A stretch of DNA of 64,000 nucleotides from Basidiobolus meristosporus CBS 931.73 (lineage: Eukaryota > Fungi > Basidiobolomycota), in NCBI GenBank assembly GCA_002104905.1, contig MCFE01000500.1:1999-65998 (forward strand). Direction: 5' to 3'. Below are positions 1 to 11,689 of this stretch, piece after piece. The position numbers were made by a program, and so were the translations under genes. The notes beneath the pieces are model-generated. The model was not told the DNA's origin and searched no databases. It was given only the letters and a program-made list of their open reading frames with translations. How positions within the stretch are numbered: position 1 is the stretch's first letter; each line of letters opens with the position of its first letter.

Positions 1-205
1 AGTTGAAGGAGCGGATCTTGGCCGAGGGGTATCCGCAGGAAGCGCAGGTCTTCTTTTGGTTGTGGAAAGAGCGGTTGCCACAACGACGGCAGAGAGTGTG
101 GGATTTGGTGTGGCGTTTACCAAAGCTTTGGGTACCCTTGGTCTAGAAATTGAAACGAATGAGTGGTGGTGTCAACTCGCGCGATGGATGCATTCCACCT
201 ACCAT
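1..205 (-). CDS. RPL37: 60S ribosomal protein L37 (eL37), 5' part; ATG mini-exon 205-203, intron 202-143, exon 142 to window edge
   Basis: Manual translation of the minus strand from 142 gives [47 protein letters not shown], the eL37 N-terminus with its CxxC...CxxC zinc ribbon. ATG|gtaggt donor and ttctag acceptor flank a 60-bp intron. Absent from the ORF track because it is split and truncated. Confidence 0.95.
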
Positions 206-358
206 TTCAGATGGACTTGAAGGATATGAAAGGAAGAATGGCCCGGCTTAGACTTTGGTTAACGTTATATCAAGTTGGATTTTTTCCTCGTTCGTGATTG
301 GGTTAGGGGTGATCTCGTTCCTAGCCTGGATTTTGTTCAATGACGCTTTGATTTCGAC

Positions 359-376
359 TTAGGGTTAGGGTTAGGG
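359..376. promoter_or_regulatory. (TTAGGG)3 telobox/Tbf1-type motif in the RPL37-SUT divergent intergenic region
   Basis: ttagggttagggttaggg at 359-376, plus ggttagggg at 301-309 and gtagggttt near 426-434, about 100-230 bp upstream of the RPL37 ATG. Confidence 0.5.
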
Positions 377-753
377 TGCCGTTGGGGGTGAGTCCCATGG
401 TAATCTAGATGTAGCACGGTAATAGGTAGGGTTTGAGGAGATTAGGAATGTAGTTTTGGTGGCGGTTGCGGTTGCGGTTGCGGCTACGGTCACCTTGATG
501 TTAATCCTCATGTTCACATGACGTGAATCCAGGTGGTTTGACGTCACCGTGCAAGCTCGTCTCCGCGTGACATAGGGATGGTTGTGTAGGACTGCTTTCT
601 TTATTTGGCATCACTGATGAGCCGTTGTTGCTAATCTCACCCAAACCGAAGCAACCCACAGTACAAATAATATCCAATAATCCCCATAATCCCTATCTTT
701 TGCCCAGAAGCATATAACCAAAGTACAGCTGTGTACACAGTGAGCAGACAGTC

Positions 754-2899
754 ATGGCCAGTGAAGAGGACACCAGTAGAACCCCTCTGATCCATAGAAC
801 GCTCACCGAAGCAGGCTACAAGAGTTTTCCTCGGGTTCATACCACCGTACTTCCCAACTCAACCACTCCCACCCTAAGCGTCCTCGACCTCATCAAACTA
901 TCCATATGTTTGGCCGGCGTGCAATTCACCTGTTAGTTTTGCTTCCCAGTTCAACCTCAGTGTTTGCGAAATGCCCCCAAGTTCTAACTTTGCTGGTTTG
1001 CTTTCTGCACATTTAGGGACGGTGGAACTAGCGTACGTATGTCTTGACCAGAACCAAACAGTTTCTGATAGTAACGTGTAGACCCTGGGCCTAATTTAGC
1101 TACGGCACGCCTTACCTTCTACTGCTCGGCTTGTCGAAACCGCTGATGTCTCTGGTCTGGCTTGCTGGGCCTTTATCAGGTAGGGTGGGGAAGGGTGGTG
1201 GACTTTGGACGACCAAATCGCTCACAAGTTAGTTCCTCGCTAGGCTTGCTGATTCAACCGGTGATTGGGGCCATCAGTGATGACACACAATGTCGCTATG
1301 GCAGAAGAAGACCATATATTGTTGGGGGCGGTGTTTTAGTCTTGTCGTCAGTGGCCGCCATAGCTTATGCCAAGGAGCTGGCTCATTTGTTCGCAGTCAA
1401 CTCGACCGACAACGACTCTGTGAAGGTAAAAAGCGTCCCACTTGACCTCAACCTTCTCTCTCATGGACTCGTTCGACTGAACCATGCTTCCAATGACATC
1501 ACTAGCGTAACGTGGCGATCCTCATCGCGGTGGTGGCGTTTTATATTTTGGACTTTTCAATCAATGCTGTGCAGGCATGCTGTCGAGCACTGATCCTGGA
1601 CAGGGCTCCCCACGATCAACAAGAGGTGGCAAATGCATACGCCGGAAGGATGCTGAATATTGGGAGCGTGGTTGGCTACTTCATGGGATTCATCGACCTG
1701 GTCGAGGTGTTCCCAATGTTAGGCAAGACCCAGATGCAGATTTTGTGCGCCATTGCCGGGATGGTGTTTGTGTTCAGTTTAGGGATAACCTGTTTGTCGG
1801 TGACCGAGGTGGTGCCCCACCAAGAGAATACACCTGGACCAGCCCGGTAAGTCTTGGCTCCATGTCTATTCGATACCATTTCACTCATCCAACTCCCTGA
1901 CATCGACCAGCAAAATCTCCATCACTTCGACCCTCCAAGAGATCTGGTACGGATTCCGCTACCTTCCAAGCCCCGTGCAGAAGATATGCAACGTGCAGTT
2001 TTTCGCGTGGATGGGATGGTTCCCGTTTCTCTTTTATAGGTGAGAGCCTGGATCCACTCTTGGAGTACGGTTCATGTTTTAATCGGTTTTTTATTCGTAG
2101 CACCACCTGGATCACCGAGGTGTACATCCGAAACAGCCGTTCCACAGATCCGGACATAGTTGAGGATGCCATTCGCGCCGGGTCGTTCGCGTTATTCATT
2201 CAATCGATCGTTTCGTTGGTGACCACATTGGTTCTCCCAATGCTCACAGAATACTTATCGGAAGGGAAGGAGGTGCAGCCGTGTGCAAGTGAGGATTCTG
2301 CCTGTACGAAGATCCAGAAGTGGAGCTCGAACGCGTGCATCCATCTCTTCGACATCCATAACATCTACACCTTCTCGCTCGTGTTCTTTGGAACTGTCAT
2401 GTTGGTGACCTACTGGGTTGGGTCTGCAACGGAGGCGTCCGTCATCGTTATGCTCTGCGGTATATCATGGGGAATTGCCCTGTGGATCCCATTCGCGCTA
2501 GTTGGAGAGTTTGTTTCTTCCAATTCCCATTCCAATTCCCATTCCCATTCCACCCCAGGATCCGCAGCGAACACAAAATGTCTACCGGCGGTTCCAGAAA
2601 GCTCCACTTCTACTCTCTACTCGAGTGAAAACAACACATCGGTGATAACCATGTCAAGCAACATGGCCACGGTCAATTCCGAGCCTCAGGAGCCAGTGCT
2701 GGATTCTGGAATTGTGTTGGGAATCCACAACATGTATGTGGTGTTCCCGCAATTCGTCATCATCCTGGTTAGCACGTTCATTTTCACTCTTTTGAAGGAG
2801 TCCTCCACAGACTCTGTCGGGTGGGTCCTTAGGGTTGGTGGGGTTTGCTCGTTCGTGGCTGCCTATTTATCATTGAAGTTGAAACCCTCTGGTGCCTAA
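754..2899 (+). CDS. MFS sugar:H+ symporter, sucrose/alpha-glucoside permease (SUT/SLC45) family; exons approx. 754-931, 1017-1032, 1100-1180, 1244-1425, 1506-1846, 1911-2039, 2101-2899
   Basis: Spliced translation contains family motifs GVQFTW-TVELAYGTPYLLLLGL..LVWLAGPLSGLLIQPVIGAISD..RYGRRRPYI, FYILDFSINAVQACCRALILD, LPSPVQKICNVQFFAWMGWFPFLFYS, GISWGIALWIPFALVGE and GIVLGIHNMYVVFPQF. All introns are GT-AG and keep the frame. Confidence 0.92.
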
Positions 2900-3595
2900 G
2901 TCATTCCCCTCTGTTCAACATTAGAAACACGGATTCCGAATAAAATCCACCTTTCATCCATTCTCCGTATTTGTTCGCTAATGATCAGGCAGTGAAGGCT
3001 TAGGCGAATGACGTTACGCCTCCACCAACCCAGCATCTAGGTGATTTCCTAGTTTGTTCTTCGGGCTATTCCTTGCCACATAAATCCCCGATTAAATTGG
3101 AATCGGCCCTCAAGCTAAGCCATACAAGGTCAACAAACCTTAATGGAAGGCGCCGTGAGACATTGGCTTGACGGATGCTCGCCTTCACATATAATGGCCG
3201 TGGGAACGGGAGGGGGAATGGGGCTAGTGGATTCAATATCATGTGCTAGAATGGATCCTGCGGAGATTGCCGTATCTTCGAGTTGCTATCTGGAATACAT
3301 TGAGAAACGGTGAGCAACACAGTCGGAATCCCCCTCCATCTAGATACCAAGGCCTGAGACGATTCCGTAATACAATCAAGCGGCTAATCTGCCTCTATCG
3401 CCCATCCGCCCATCCGCCCATCCACTGCAGAGCGGATCGATTGACCTGAACTCCCCACCAGCACGAATCTTCGAGGCTATGGAACCGTGAAATTTCGAAA
3501 TTTCCAACATCCCCATATAGACAAGGCCTATCAACAGAATGCTGACTGACCGATTCTTTATAAATATCCGAGGGTTGCCTCGGTGGAAGGTAAAC

Positions 3596-4684
3596 ATGAA
3601 CCTATTGAAGCCCCGTACGAGTCTTTTTTACACCCGCTCGCCCTTGCTCTCTCGTCTCGCCGGGATTGGGGGTTTGAGATGGCTTTCTTCCCCATCGGCG
3701 GTCAGGAGCAACCGGATCATTGAGAGTTCCCATCAAGGCACCACCAAGAAGATCTCCATCGTGGGGAGCGGCGTGGTTGGTGCCTCCTCCGCTTACGCTC
3801 TAATGCTCCGGAATGTCGCCCCCACTGTCATGCTCTGCGATGCTCAGCCAGGGTTTGCCCACGGACAGGTGATGGATATGATCGACTGCCAGTTTCTCAC
3901 CACAACCAAGGTCAGAACTGCCACCCACAAGGAATGCGGCCAGGCGGACATCATCGTCATCACCGCCGGAGTCAACCAGAAACCAGGGGAGACCCGGCTC
4001 CAGCTGATCGAGCAGAACTACCACATCATGAAGGACGTCATTCAATCCATGTCCCCCATCCGTCCCGACGCCAAGATCCTGGTCGTCGCCAACCCCGTCG
4101 ACCTTCTGACCTACTTCGCGCAGAAATTGACCAACCTGCCTCACAATCAGGTCTTCGGCAGCGGGACTTTCCTGGATTCCCTCCGTCTACGAAACATCCT
4201 GGCCAACCACCTTGGCTTCAACCCGACCGCCATTCACAGTTACGTGCTGGGGGAGCACGGGGACGCCCAGTTCGTCGCCTGGTCATGTGCAAACGTGGGG
4301 AATATGCCGTTGCTCTCGTTCCCCCAGGTCCAGAGGCTGGACCTGAAGAAGATCGAGCGTCAGGCCGCACGCAAGGCCTACAACATCATCAACCTCAAAG
4401 GATCCACCTACTACGGGATCGGAGCCTGCGTCAGCTCCCTGTGCGAATCGATCGTCAACGATGTCGGGCGTATCCAGCCGGTAAGTTGCTGGAGTGAACG
4501 CCACGGGCTGTACCTCAGTTTGCCCGCGGCCATCGGGGCGAACGGGGTCGAGTGGATCGCGGACATTCCCCTGAATCGCGACGAGCAGGCTCGATTGAAT
4601 TCCACCGCCGAGTCGATGAGACGGATCTTGAATTCCTTCGAGGAATCCGCGCATCAAGACCTGTCCGTATCTGCCTCCGGATAG
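3596..4684 (+). CDS. ldh: NAD-dependent L-lactate dehydrogenase, intronless, with an N-terminal extension
   Basis: GSGVVG Rossmann motif, ADIIVITAGVNQKPGETRLQL (Gln at the LDH-vs-MDH specificity position), VVANPVD, GSGTFLDSLRL, YVLGEHGD active site and KGSTYYGIG. First ATG at 3596 with tataaata about 30 bp upstream. Confidence 0.95.
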   Translation: MNLLKPRTSLFYTRSPLLSRLAGIGGLRWLSSPSAVRSNRIIESSHQGTTKKISIVGSGVVGASSAYALMLRNVAPTVMLCDAQPGFAHGQVMDMIDCQFLTTTKVRTATHKECGQADIIVITAGVNQKPGETRLQLIEQNYHIMKDVIQSMSPIRPDAKILVVANPVDLLTYFAQKLTNLPHNQVFGSGTFLDSLRLRNILANHLGFNPTAIHSYVLGEHGDAQFVAWSCANVGNMPLLSFPQVQRLDLKKIERQAARKAYNIINLKGSTYYGIGACVSSLCESIVNDVGRIQPVSCWSERHGLYLSLPAAIGANGVEWIADIPLNRDEQARLNSTAESMRRILNSFEESAHQDLSVSASG

Positions 4685-4789
4685 TCGACCGATGCTGCCA
4701 CCGCCCCACCCTGTTGAATATATTGTAAATAAAATCCCCCAGTCTGAGTGTGTGCTTTATTTCCATCGCGACCAGCGTTGACACCTACA

Positions 4790-5860
4790 CTCCACGGGTC
4801 ACCCCCCCCTCGAACTAATTTGGATACCACGAGTCTGTTGGGGGCTGGATCGGTTGAAATCACTTGCCCGCTAAGGTCTAATGGATGTTGCGCGTGATCA
4901 ATCTAAGACACATTAAGCGAAGGGCGAGAAAACATCCAAGAGGAGGAGGGTTCACTTCTTCAGGGGGAATTCGCGGACCTGGCTTGACGCGCGCCGGATT
5001 TCCTGCCGATACCAGTGCACCGGGCAGTAGAGAAGGAGCTGCACCACCATCTAGAACATCTTCCGGGTGAGTACAGGGCTTCCCGAGCTTCCATCGGGAA
5101 CATTCGTTTCGCTTACCATCACGCCGAACAGGATCCCCCAGGGCGGGTTCTGGGTTTGAATGGCGATGGCCAACCCGCTTAGCCATATCACCACGCACAC
5201 CCCGTTCATCACGAGGTACCCGAACAGTGTTCTGGATTGTCGCTGTACGTAATCGTTAGTGGAGAGTTCCACCACCCCACCCCCACCTCACCTCACCTCA
5301 CCTCGCTGTCACTTACCTTGTGCGTACCCCAGACGCCCAGGAAACCCGCGATGACGTTGAGGGTTTCGATACCGAACAGAAGGTAGGAGATGACCTGGAT
5401 GCTCTGGATCTTGTAACCAAAGAGGTAGGTCTCCTTGCTGGATCTCAGCAGCACCAGCAGGATGACGGTCAACAGGGCCGCCACCACGGCGAGTATCTAT
5501 TCCCGATGAAAAGAAAAACCTTCCCGGTGAGTCCCGCGGTCTACCAACAGCGACCACCGCTTCGGATCCCTTACCAGTTGGAAGTAGCTCACCACCAGGC
5601 ACCCCGTACGAAGTCCCGGCCTGATCCGTGGATGCTCACTCGGTTCCCTTGACATGAAGCGCAAACGTTTACGAACTCCACTTGGTTTCGCGCGAAGACC
5701 ACCACCGAAATTTTCTGGGGGACGTCCCGTGGAGCCGGGCGGTTTTATAGTGAACCCCTCCCCTCCCCTCACCCTCGCCTATCCTCCGCCACCAGTCGGG
5801 GTCTGGGAATCCACCTCCAAGGGGGATTCGGAGTGGGGTGGCTTCTTCCATTGACATCAT
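4790..5860 (-). CDS. Unknown multi-exon membrane protein (about 4 TM helices, tetraspanin-like layout); boundaries approximate
   Basis: Hydrophobic exon translations ILAVVAALLTVILLVLLRSS...SYLLFGIETLNVIAGFLGVWGTHK (about 5496-5320) and TTNDYVQRQSRTLFGYLVMNGVCVVIWLSGLAIAIQ..PWGILFGVM (about 5260-5110), each ending at a gtaag donor. Candidate ATG at 5860. The 3' end is not resolved. Confidence 0.55.
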
Positions 5861-6519
5861 CCTTGGATCGGGTCGGTCGGGTCCGGATTGGGATGGCCTG
5901 GGATCGTCCAAACCTAAAATCCCTCCCCATCGCGACGGTACCCGCCGATAGAGTTGGCCCCTTGCCAGATCTGGTGTTGCCCGAGATCCACGGATGGCTC
6001 GACCCACCGAGTAGCATTGAATGGTGGTGGGTAGACCGGATCTGGCATTCCGGGATGTGTCATCGGAGGCCAAAGTCGGTGTCGTCTACCAAAAGGTGTG
6101 GTGCACGTCAAGTAAACCTGGAGGGTACGCGCCCCTGTCTTCCATCTCCCCCCCCCCTTGATTCCTAAAACCAGCTGACCAGGTGGAACGAGATTACCCT
6201 TCACAGTATCACGCCTATGCCCTAATGCTCACAAGCAATCCCTCAGTAAGGCCGTAAGTTCAGCAAACCAAGTTTTCCTTAACATCTGCTCAATTCAACG
6301 GGCATCGATTACTGCTGTCTAGAATCTAGCGTGGGAGGTAATACACCACCTACCCACCGTTGAAAAAAAATTCCACTGCAAGCATCTCAAAACGGCTCGA
6401 TTGTAGTCTGGTGATCTATGGCACCAGGGTTTCTGCTGACGGGTGTGGTGTCCAAGAGAAATTCTGGGCGCTCTTGGACTGAAGGGTATCAAACCAATGA
6501 GCAGCTAAGCGCACGTTTC

Positions 6520-6800
6520 GGAGCTGTCGAGGGTGTTGCTGGAATATTGGCAGTGGTGAATTGGGCTAATCTTGGTGGGAAATCTCGCAATTACACCCGG
6601 ATTTCCCATTCACTTGGTCACTCGAATAGTATCTCACCCAAATTCCTTGTTGGGATTTACATCAAATATTTCACCCAAATTCCTGGTATTCGGAACATGA
6701 GAAAATCCAAAGGTTGCCTAAACTTTCTGCACATGCTCCTAGGAACTTCTCAAGCCTGTTGTAAATGCCTTCTTTGCCAAGACCTTGTAAAGCTATAAAT
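6520..6800. mobile_element. LTR remnant at the edge of the repeat block
   Basis: Core ccaaattccttgttgggatttac..aatattttcacc..aggtat also occurs near 60020-60160 and, reverse-complemented, near 21280-21330. Confidence 0.45.
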
Positions 6801-7014
6801 ATCACCTTTACATTTCTGAGGCACTAGAAGACACCTGTCAGCCATGCTCAGCTGCTCAAGGAATGTACATAGGATGAGAATTCTTGGCTACAAAGATGCT
6901 CTCTGGAGAAGCAATGAGAAGCCTAACCAAAAGAAATACCATGCTAGTAGATAAGGTGGAATCAATGGGAGTACAAATTGCTGATGAAAATGGCCAGATA
7001 CCCTTCTGCAACCA

Positions 7015-7711
7015 AGTTGTATCCAAGAGAAAAGTGCTACAAAGCTCTTGAATGGTTTAACTGAACATAAGAGACAACCAAGAGCAGAATCTAGGAATTG
7101 TCAGAGAGTGGTGGAAATATTAGCAGAGAGATTCTGGTCTAATATTGGTCTTGTATATAGCTGGGTTTGGCTATAAAGGCAACAGAGTTGATTTGCTATG
7201 CAGGCTAGGCTTGGTGTTCATAGGAGTGCTAGATATGCTAGGCATGAGTAGAAACTAGAATGAAATTGTTGAATTCTTAATTTTGCTGAGGCACAATCTT
7301 AATTTTGTCAAGACACACACTAAACCAAAAGGTTTAGTCAGTTTTATTAATACTTTTCTGATCAAGTTGAGTTAGTAAGCTCCAAGAGACTGGATTAATT
7401 GAAATCAGTTTGGGGGTTGATAAGTGCATAAGATAGATGAAAATTGCATCATCAATCAGCTGATGTCTTGGCAACTGCTAAGTGGTTGGATAGATCTCAG
7501 ATGAATAATCACTTAGAATGACTTAGCAGATCAGTTGAGGATATAATGGCCACATGAAAATTGATCAGGTGTGACAACTAAAATGGATTCTGAGAAGTGA
7601 TAAAATAAACTATAACTGGGATTAGTCATATTTGGGTTAGGGAAAATCAATGAGGTTACTAGATTTCTAATGGAGTAGAGTTGGCTAAGACTTAAATGTT
7701 GATGCACCATA
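7015..7711. mobile_element. Solo LTR, family B (~700 bp)
   Basis: Aligns along its length to the TSD-flanked LTR 11238-13147 once that LTR's internal insertion is removed. No clean TSD here. Confidence 0.7.
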
Positions 7712-8154
7712 GACTGCAATCAATGAAAATACCAAAGACCCTTTTAAGGAAGTGGAAGCCCTTCTTTTGGTGACTGCAAAAGGAAAAGTCACACATATTA
7801 TATCAGGTATCAAAGATCTGACTTCTATACTAGTTGCCTAACATTTCATCATATCTGGATGCCAATCTTAGTATTTTATATGCAGAAACACAAGTGCTCT
7901 GACACCAGTGATCTGAACACATCCACTCTAACCTTTGAAAAGTAGTATGATGATCTTGTCATCAGGCCACCACAATATTAATAACCTGAGACTGAAAGGT
8001 ATTGGTGGCATCAGGGCACTATTTAAAGACCACCAAAAAAAATGGCACATCACATCTCACAAAACCTAGACCAAGTCTATCACCTCAATGATACCCAAGT
8101 AGCTTTTGATTGGTTCCTGTCCTTTCCCTCACTTCCTCATCCCAGACACTCAAT

Positions 8155-11058
8155 TCCTATGAAAAATTATTGTGATGATCCCATCAAAAGGCTGTCACAA
8201 ACTCTAAGTCCTGAGACTGAGAGGTACTGATCCCATCAAGACACCATGCAAAGATTATCAAAAAATAATTGCACCCCAGATTTCACAAAATACATAGTCA
8301 AGATTTTTCATCACAACAATACAAAAGTGGCTTCTGATTGGTGCTCTGCCAATTTTCCAACTTTCTGATCCCAGACACTCTATCACCTCCTATGGTTGTG
8401 TACATTGATTGGCTATTGCCTCTTTTTCACATTCCTTACTTCCTAGCTCAACCTTTTCTCTTACATTTCATGCATACAAATTGATTTATTTCTGTTGAAA
8501 CTTCAGTTGTACCTCAATTGCCAATTGTATTGACCTATACAAGTCCCTATGCCCTACATTAACATTAAGCCCAACTCCACACTCAACAAGTAACTCCATT
8601 AAAATCCACCATTCAATAAGTATTTCTGCTGTGATGCTCTGTGTCCATGACTTTGGCAGAAAACCTACGGCTTTATGCCACTGTTCATTCACTGGTTCCC
8701 ATACATCCTGGTCTTCAGCTGGCACTGCAAGGTCTAGCTCCTCATCTGCCAGTCTTTGCAATAAATCCTTGCAATATTCAAGTACATTTTCTTGAGCACT
8801 GCTCTTGAACAAGTCTGCAACCTCTTGGTGTGCATATTAATGTTCTAAAATTCCACTGAAGGCATTGTGATGACCTTTTGAGTTATTGGCTTTGTTACTT
8901 TGTCTGTCAGTGGGATCTCCACTCTGTCAACAATAAAGGATGTATAGGCTGTGGCAGACAAATTGCCTTTCTCTGCAAACTCATCTACCTTGCTGGAGTG
9001 TAGCTCAACTGGCTGGGCTTCCAAATCTTGTGCAAACAGCTGTTTTCTTGTTGGTAATTCTTCTTGGCTATAATGGGATTCAGTCTGTTCCAGGCTTGTA
9101 GCATTAGTAGGTGTAAACTGCAGCTTTTTCTCACACTTCCCTGTCTCTGGCTTGGGTAGACTTTTTTCCCTTTACCTTTTCCTTGATCACTGCCAGGTCT
9201 TTCACTGCTACTTTGTCTGAGCACTCTTTGCATTAAACTACATTTTCTCCTTGATATATGCTGCTCTGATGCATCTGTTTTGTCCTGCTTGTCCCTTGCT
9301 TGCACTCTGCAGGCAACATGATGCTTTTTTCCCCCTTGTTTTGAGCTCTCATCCCAAGCTGAGACAGGCTCCTGAGGTAGCCACTTGTTTTTATCACCAC
9401 CAGGTCCTTCACTGCCACTTTAGCTGAGTGCTTCTTGAGTAGAACTACGCTTCTTGCTTAGTAAATATTGTGCTGGTGCATCTGTGCATGCATGCTTTCC
9501 CTTATTGGCATTCTACCAGCTACCTGATGCCTCTTTAATGCCTGTTTGGAGCTTTTGGCCCTGTTTGTAATGGACTCTTAAGAAAGCCACTGGTTCTTAG
9601 CCATTGCACCCTTGTTCTTCTGCCATTGATGGCTTCTGCTATTCTTAAGATACTGTCTTAGCCTACCAATGCTGGCCCAAAACCATTTGCTTGTTTGAGC
9701 TCAGGATAATGCATATGGCACAAGTCAAGCTCATTCTGCTTGACCTTGAGTTCCAGATGGTCCCTTGGTATGCCAACATTAAGGTATTGGCATGCTAAAC
9801 TTCTAATGGTCCCTAGAATATTAGCCCACTCTTCATCATTGCACTCATTGGCATCACAAATCTTCAATGTCTTTTGATTATTAGGCTTTGGTATAAACAC
9901 TACATTTTCTCCCTGCCATGCTGTGACAGGTTTTTCTGTGGGCTTTATCTTTGGGCACTGTTGTTGTGCTTCAAAGACTGTAAAGTGTTCCTGTGCTGTT
10001 ACCTTGGGAAATGGTTTAATTCTTGGCTGTGACATTGAGCTACTTGAGTTCCTTCTTTGCAGCAAAGATACTGCATTCTCTATCTGGGATATTGATTGCT
10101 CTGCACCTTTTGTCCACTCATCCTGCTTCTGCACTATTTCCTGATTTCACTGGGCCATTGCATTTATCCTATCAGCCACTGCACCTAATTGCTGCATTAA
10201 TGCTTTGGTATGAGCTGACAACATACTTGCTAATACAGACAGTGGCAATGTTATGACAGCCACTTGCTGGTCTTCAACTGAAGGTACTGCTTTTGCTACA
10301 TTCTCATCTGCCTCAGCAATATGCTCAGTTTGCAGCCCTCCAGAGATTCCCAAATGTCTACTTGACTGACAGCCTGAGGAGTCTGCATTATTACCTTCAG
10401 TGGGCACACTGTCCACAAGGCTTTTTTTGGTTGTAGCCCTGCTTGTTGCACTGAATGTCAAAGCAAGCCATTGTCCAACCACTCCTCTGCTGCTGTCAGC
10501 AGCAGGGCTTGGTTGGGAACCAGACAACTTTGCTTCATTTTTTGGTGGAATATTTATCAAAGAGAGTCAAACCAAAGGGGAAACAGTGTTAAATACATGT
10601 GTGTATGTGGTGGCACAACTCTATTTTTAATGCTTACTATGGTAAATTGTCATTGAATCTTACATTTATGTAGGTGTGATGTCTCAAATACAAGAATGTC
10701 TTAAATTCCCACAAGTATTAGCAAATAAGTGATATAATAGTATTGCATTGTTGAGTGTCAAACTGTTTGCCCCATGAACAAGACTACATTGACTCAACAC
10801 TGTAAGAGAAGAGAAAAAAAGCCATGTGGCTACTGTACCAAGCCTCTCAGTCATGAAGCATGCAGACAGCATAGGAAGTATTGCAGGGATCATGGCCAGT
10901 GTTTAGCCACACAAGTCATATTTGACCATTCACCAGTCACTCTGGCACCAGCAATATCTTGCTGGCCACTTGATACTTCTATAACAACACCCAGCTGTAC
11001 TTGTCACCTTGCACAAGCTGAGTTCAGTGGGTTTCTAACACCTTTAGGCTCACCCCAG
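8155..11058. mobile_element. CACTA/EnSpm-type DNA transposon, copy A (left end, accessory gene on minus strand, start of transposase), truncated
   Basis: Left terminus tcctatgaaaaattattgtgatgatccc. Degenerate accessory ORF pieces at 8486-10560 (-). Zn-finger start RREKKPCGYCTKPLSHEACRQH at 10774-11073. Colinear with copy F (32708-35160). Confidence 0.8.
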
Positions 11059-11689
11059 CCTTATGAAAAGTAATTTGGTCCTGCGGGTGTATGCAATCCA
11101 GATCAGCCATTAGGATCCTGTTTAGAGACTGTCATAATACTAGCAGCTTGAGACTAGTGACCCTCTTAACAATCTTATGCTGGGATCACAACAATGCCTT
11201 GCTAATTTTATTGCCAAATAGAGTAATAAAACTTGACTGTTATATCCAAGAGAAAAGTGCAATAAAGCTCTTGAATGAGTTAACTTAACCTAAGTGACAA
11301 CTAAGTACAGAATCTTGGAATTGTCAAGGGTGACAGAAATATTAGCAGAGAAGTTCTGGTCTAATATGGGTTTTGAATATAGTTGAGTTGGGCTATAATG
11401 GCAATAGGGTTGGTTTGCTATACAGGCTAGGCTTGGTGTTCTTGGGAATGCTAGATATGCTTGGCTTTAGTGGAAACTTGAACAGAATTGTTCAATTCTT
11501 AATTTTGCTGTGGCATAATCTTAATTTTGTTGAGACACACACTAAACCAAAAGGTTCAGTAATCTTTATTTATATTGTTCTGATCAAGTTGAATTAGTAA
11601 GCACCAAGAGACTGGACTAAAGGAAATCTGTTGGGGTGTTGATAGGTGCATAAGATATATGAAAGTTGCATCATTAATCAGCTGATATC

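Noticed and set aside
359-376. TTAGGG repeats as a telomere or chromosome end
   Set aside because: Only three units, interstitial, lying between two genes. Better explained as a promoter motif.
2520-2552. (CCCATT/CCAATT)n microsatellite
   Set aside because: Simply encodes an SNSHSNSHSHS low-complexity loop in the transporter.
3800-4657. Several long ORFs overlapping LDH on other frames and strands
   Set aside because: Shadow ORFs expected from GC-rich codon usage, with no recognisable motifs.
6418-6798. 126-aa ORF as a host gene
   Set aside because: It overlaps an LTR remnant found elsewhere in the window and has no recognisable domain.
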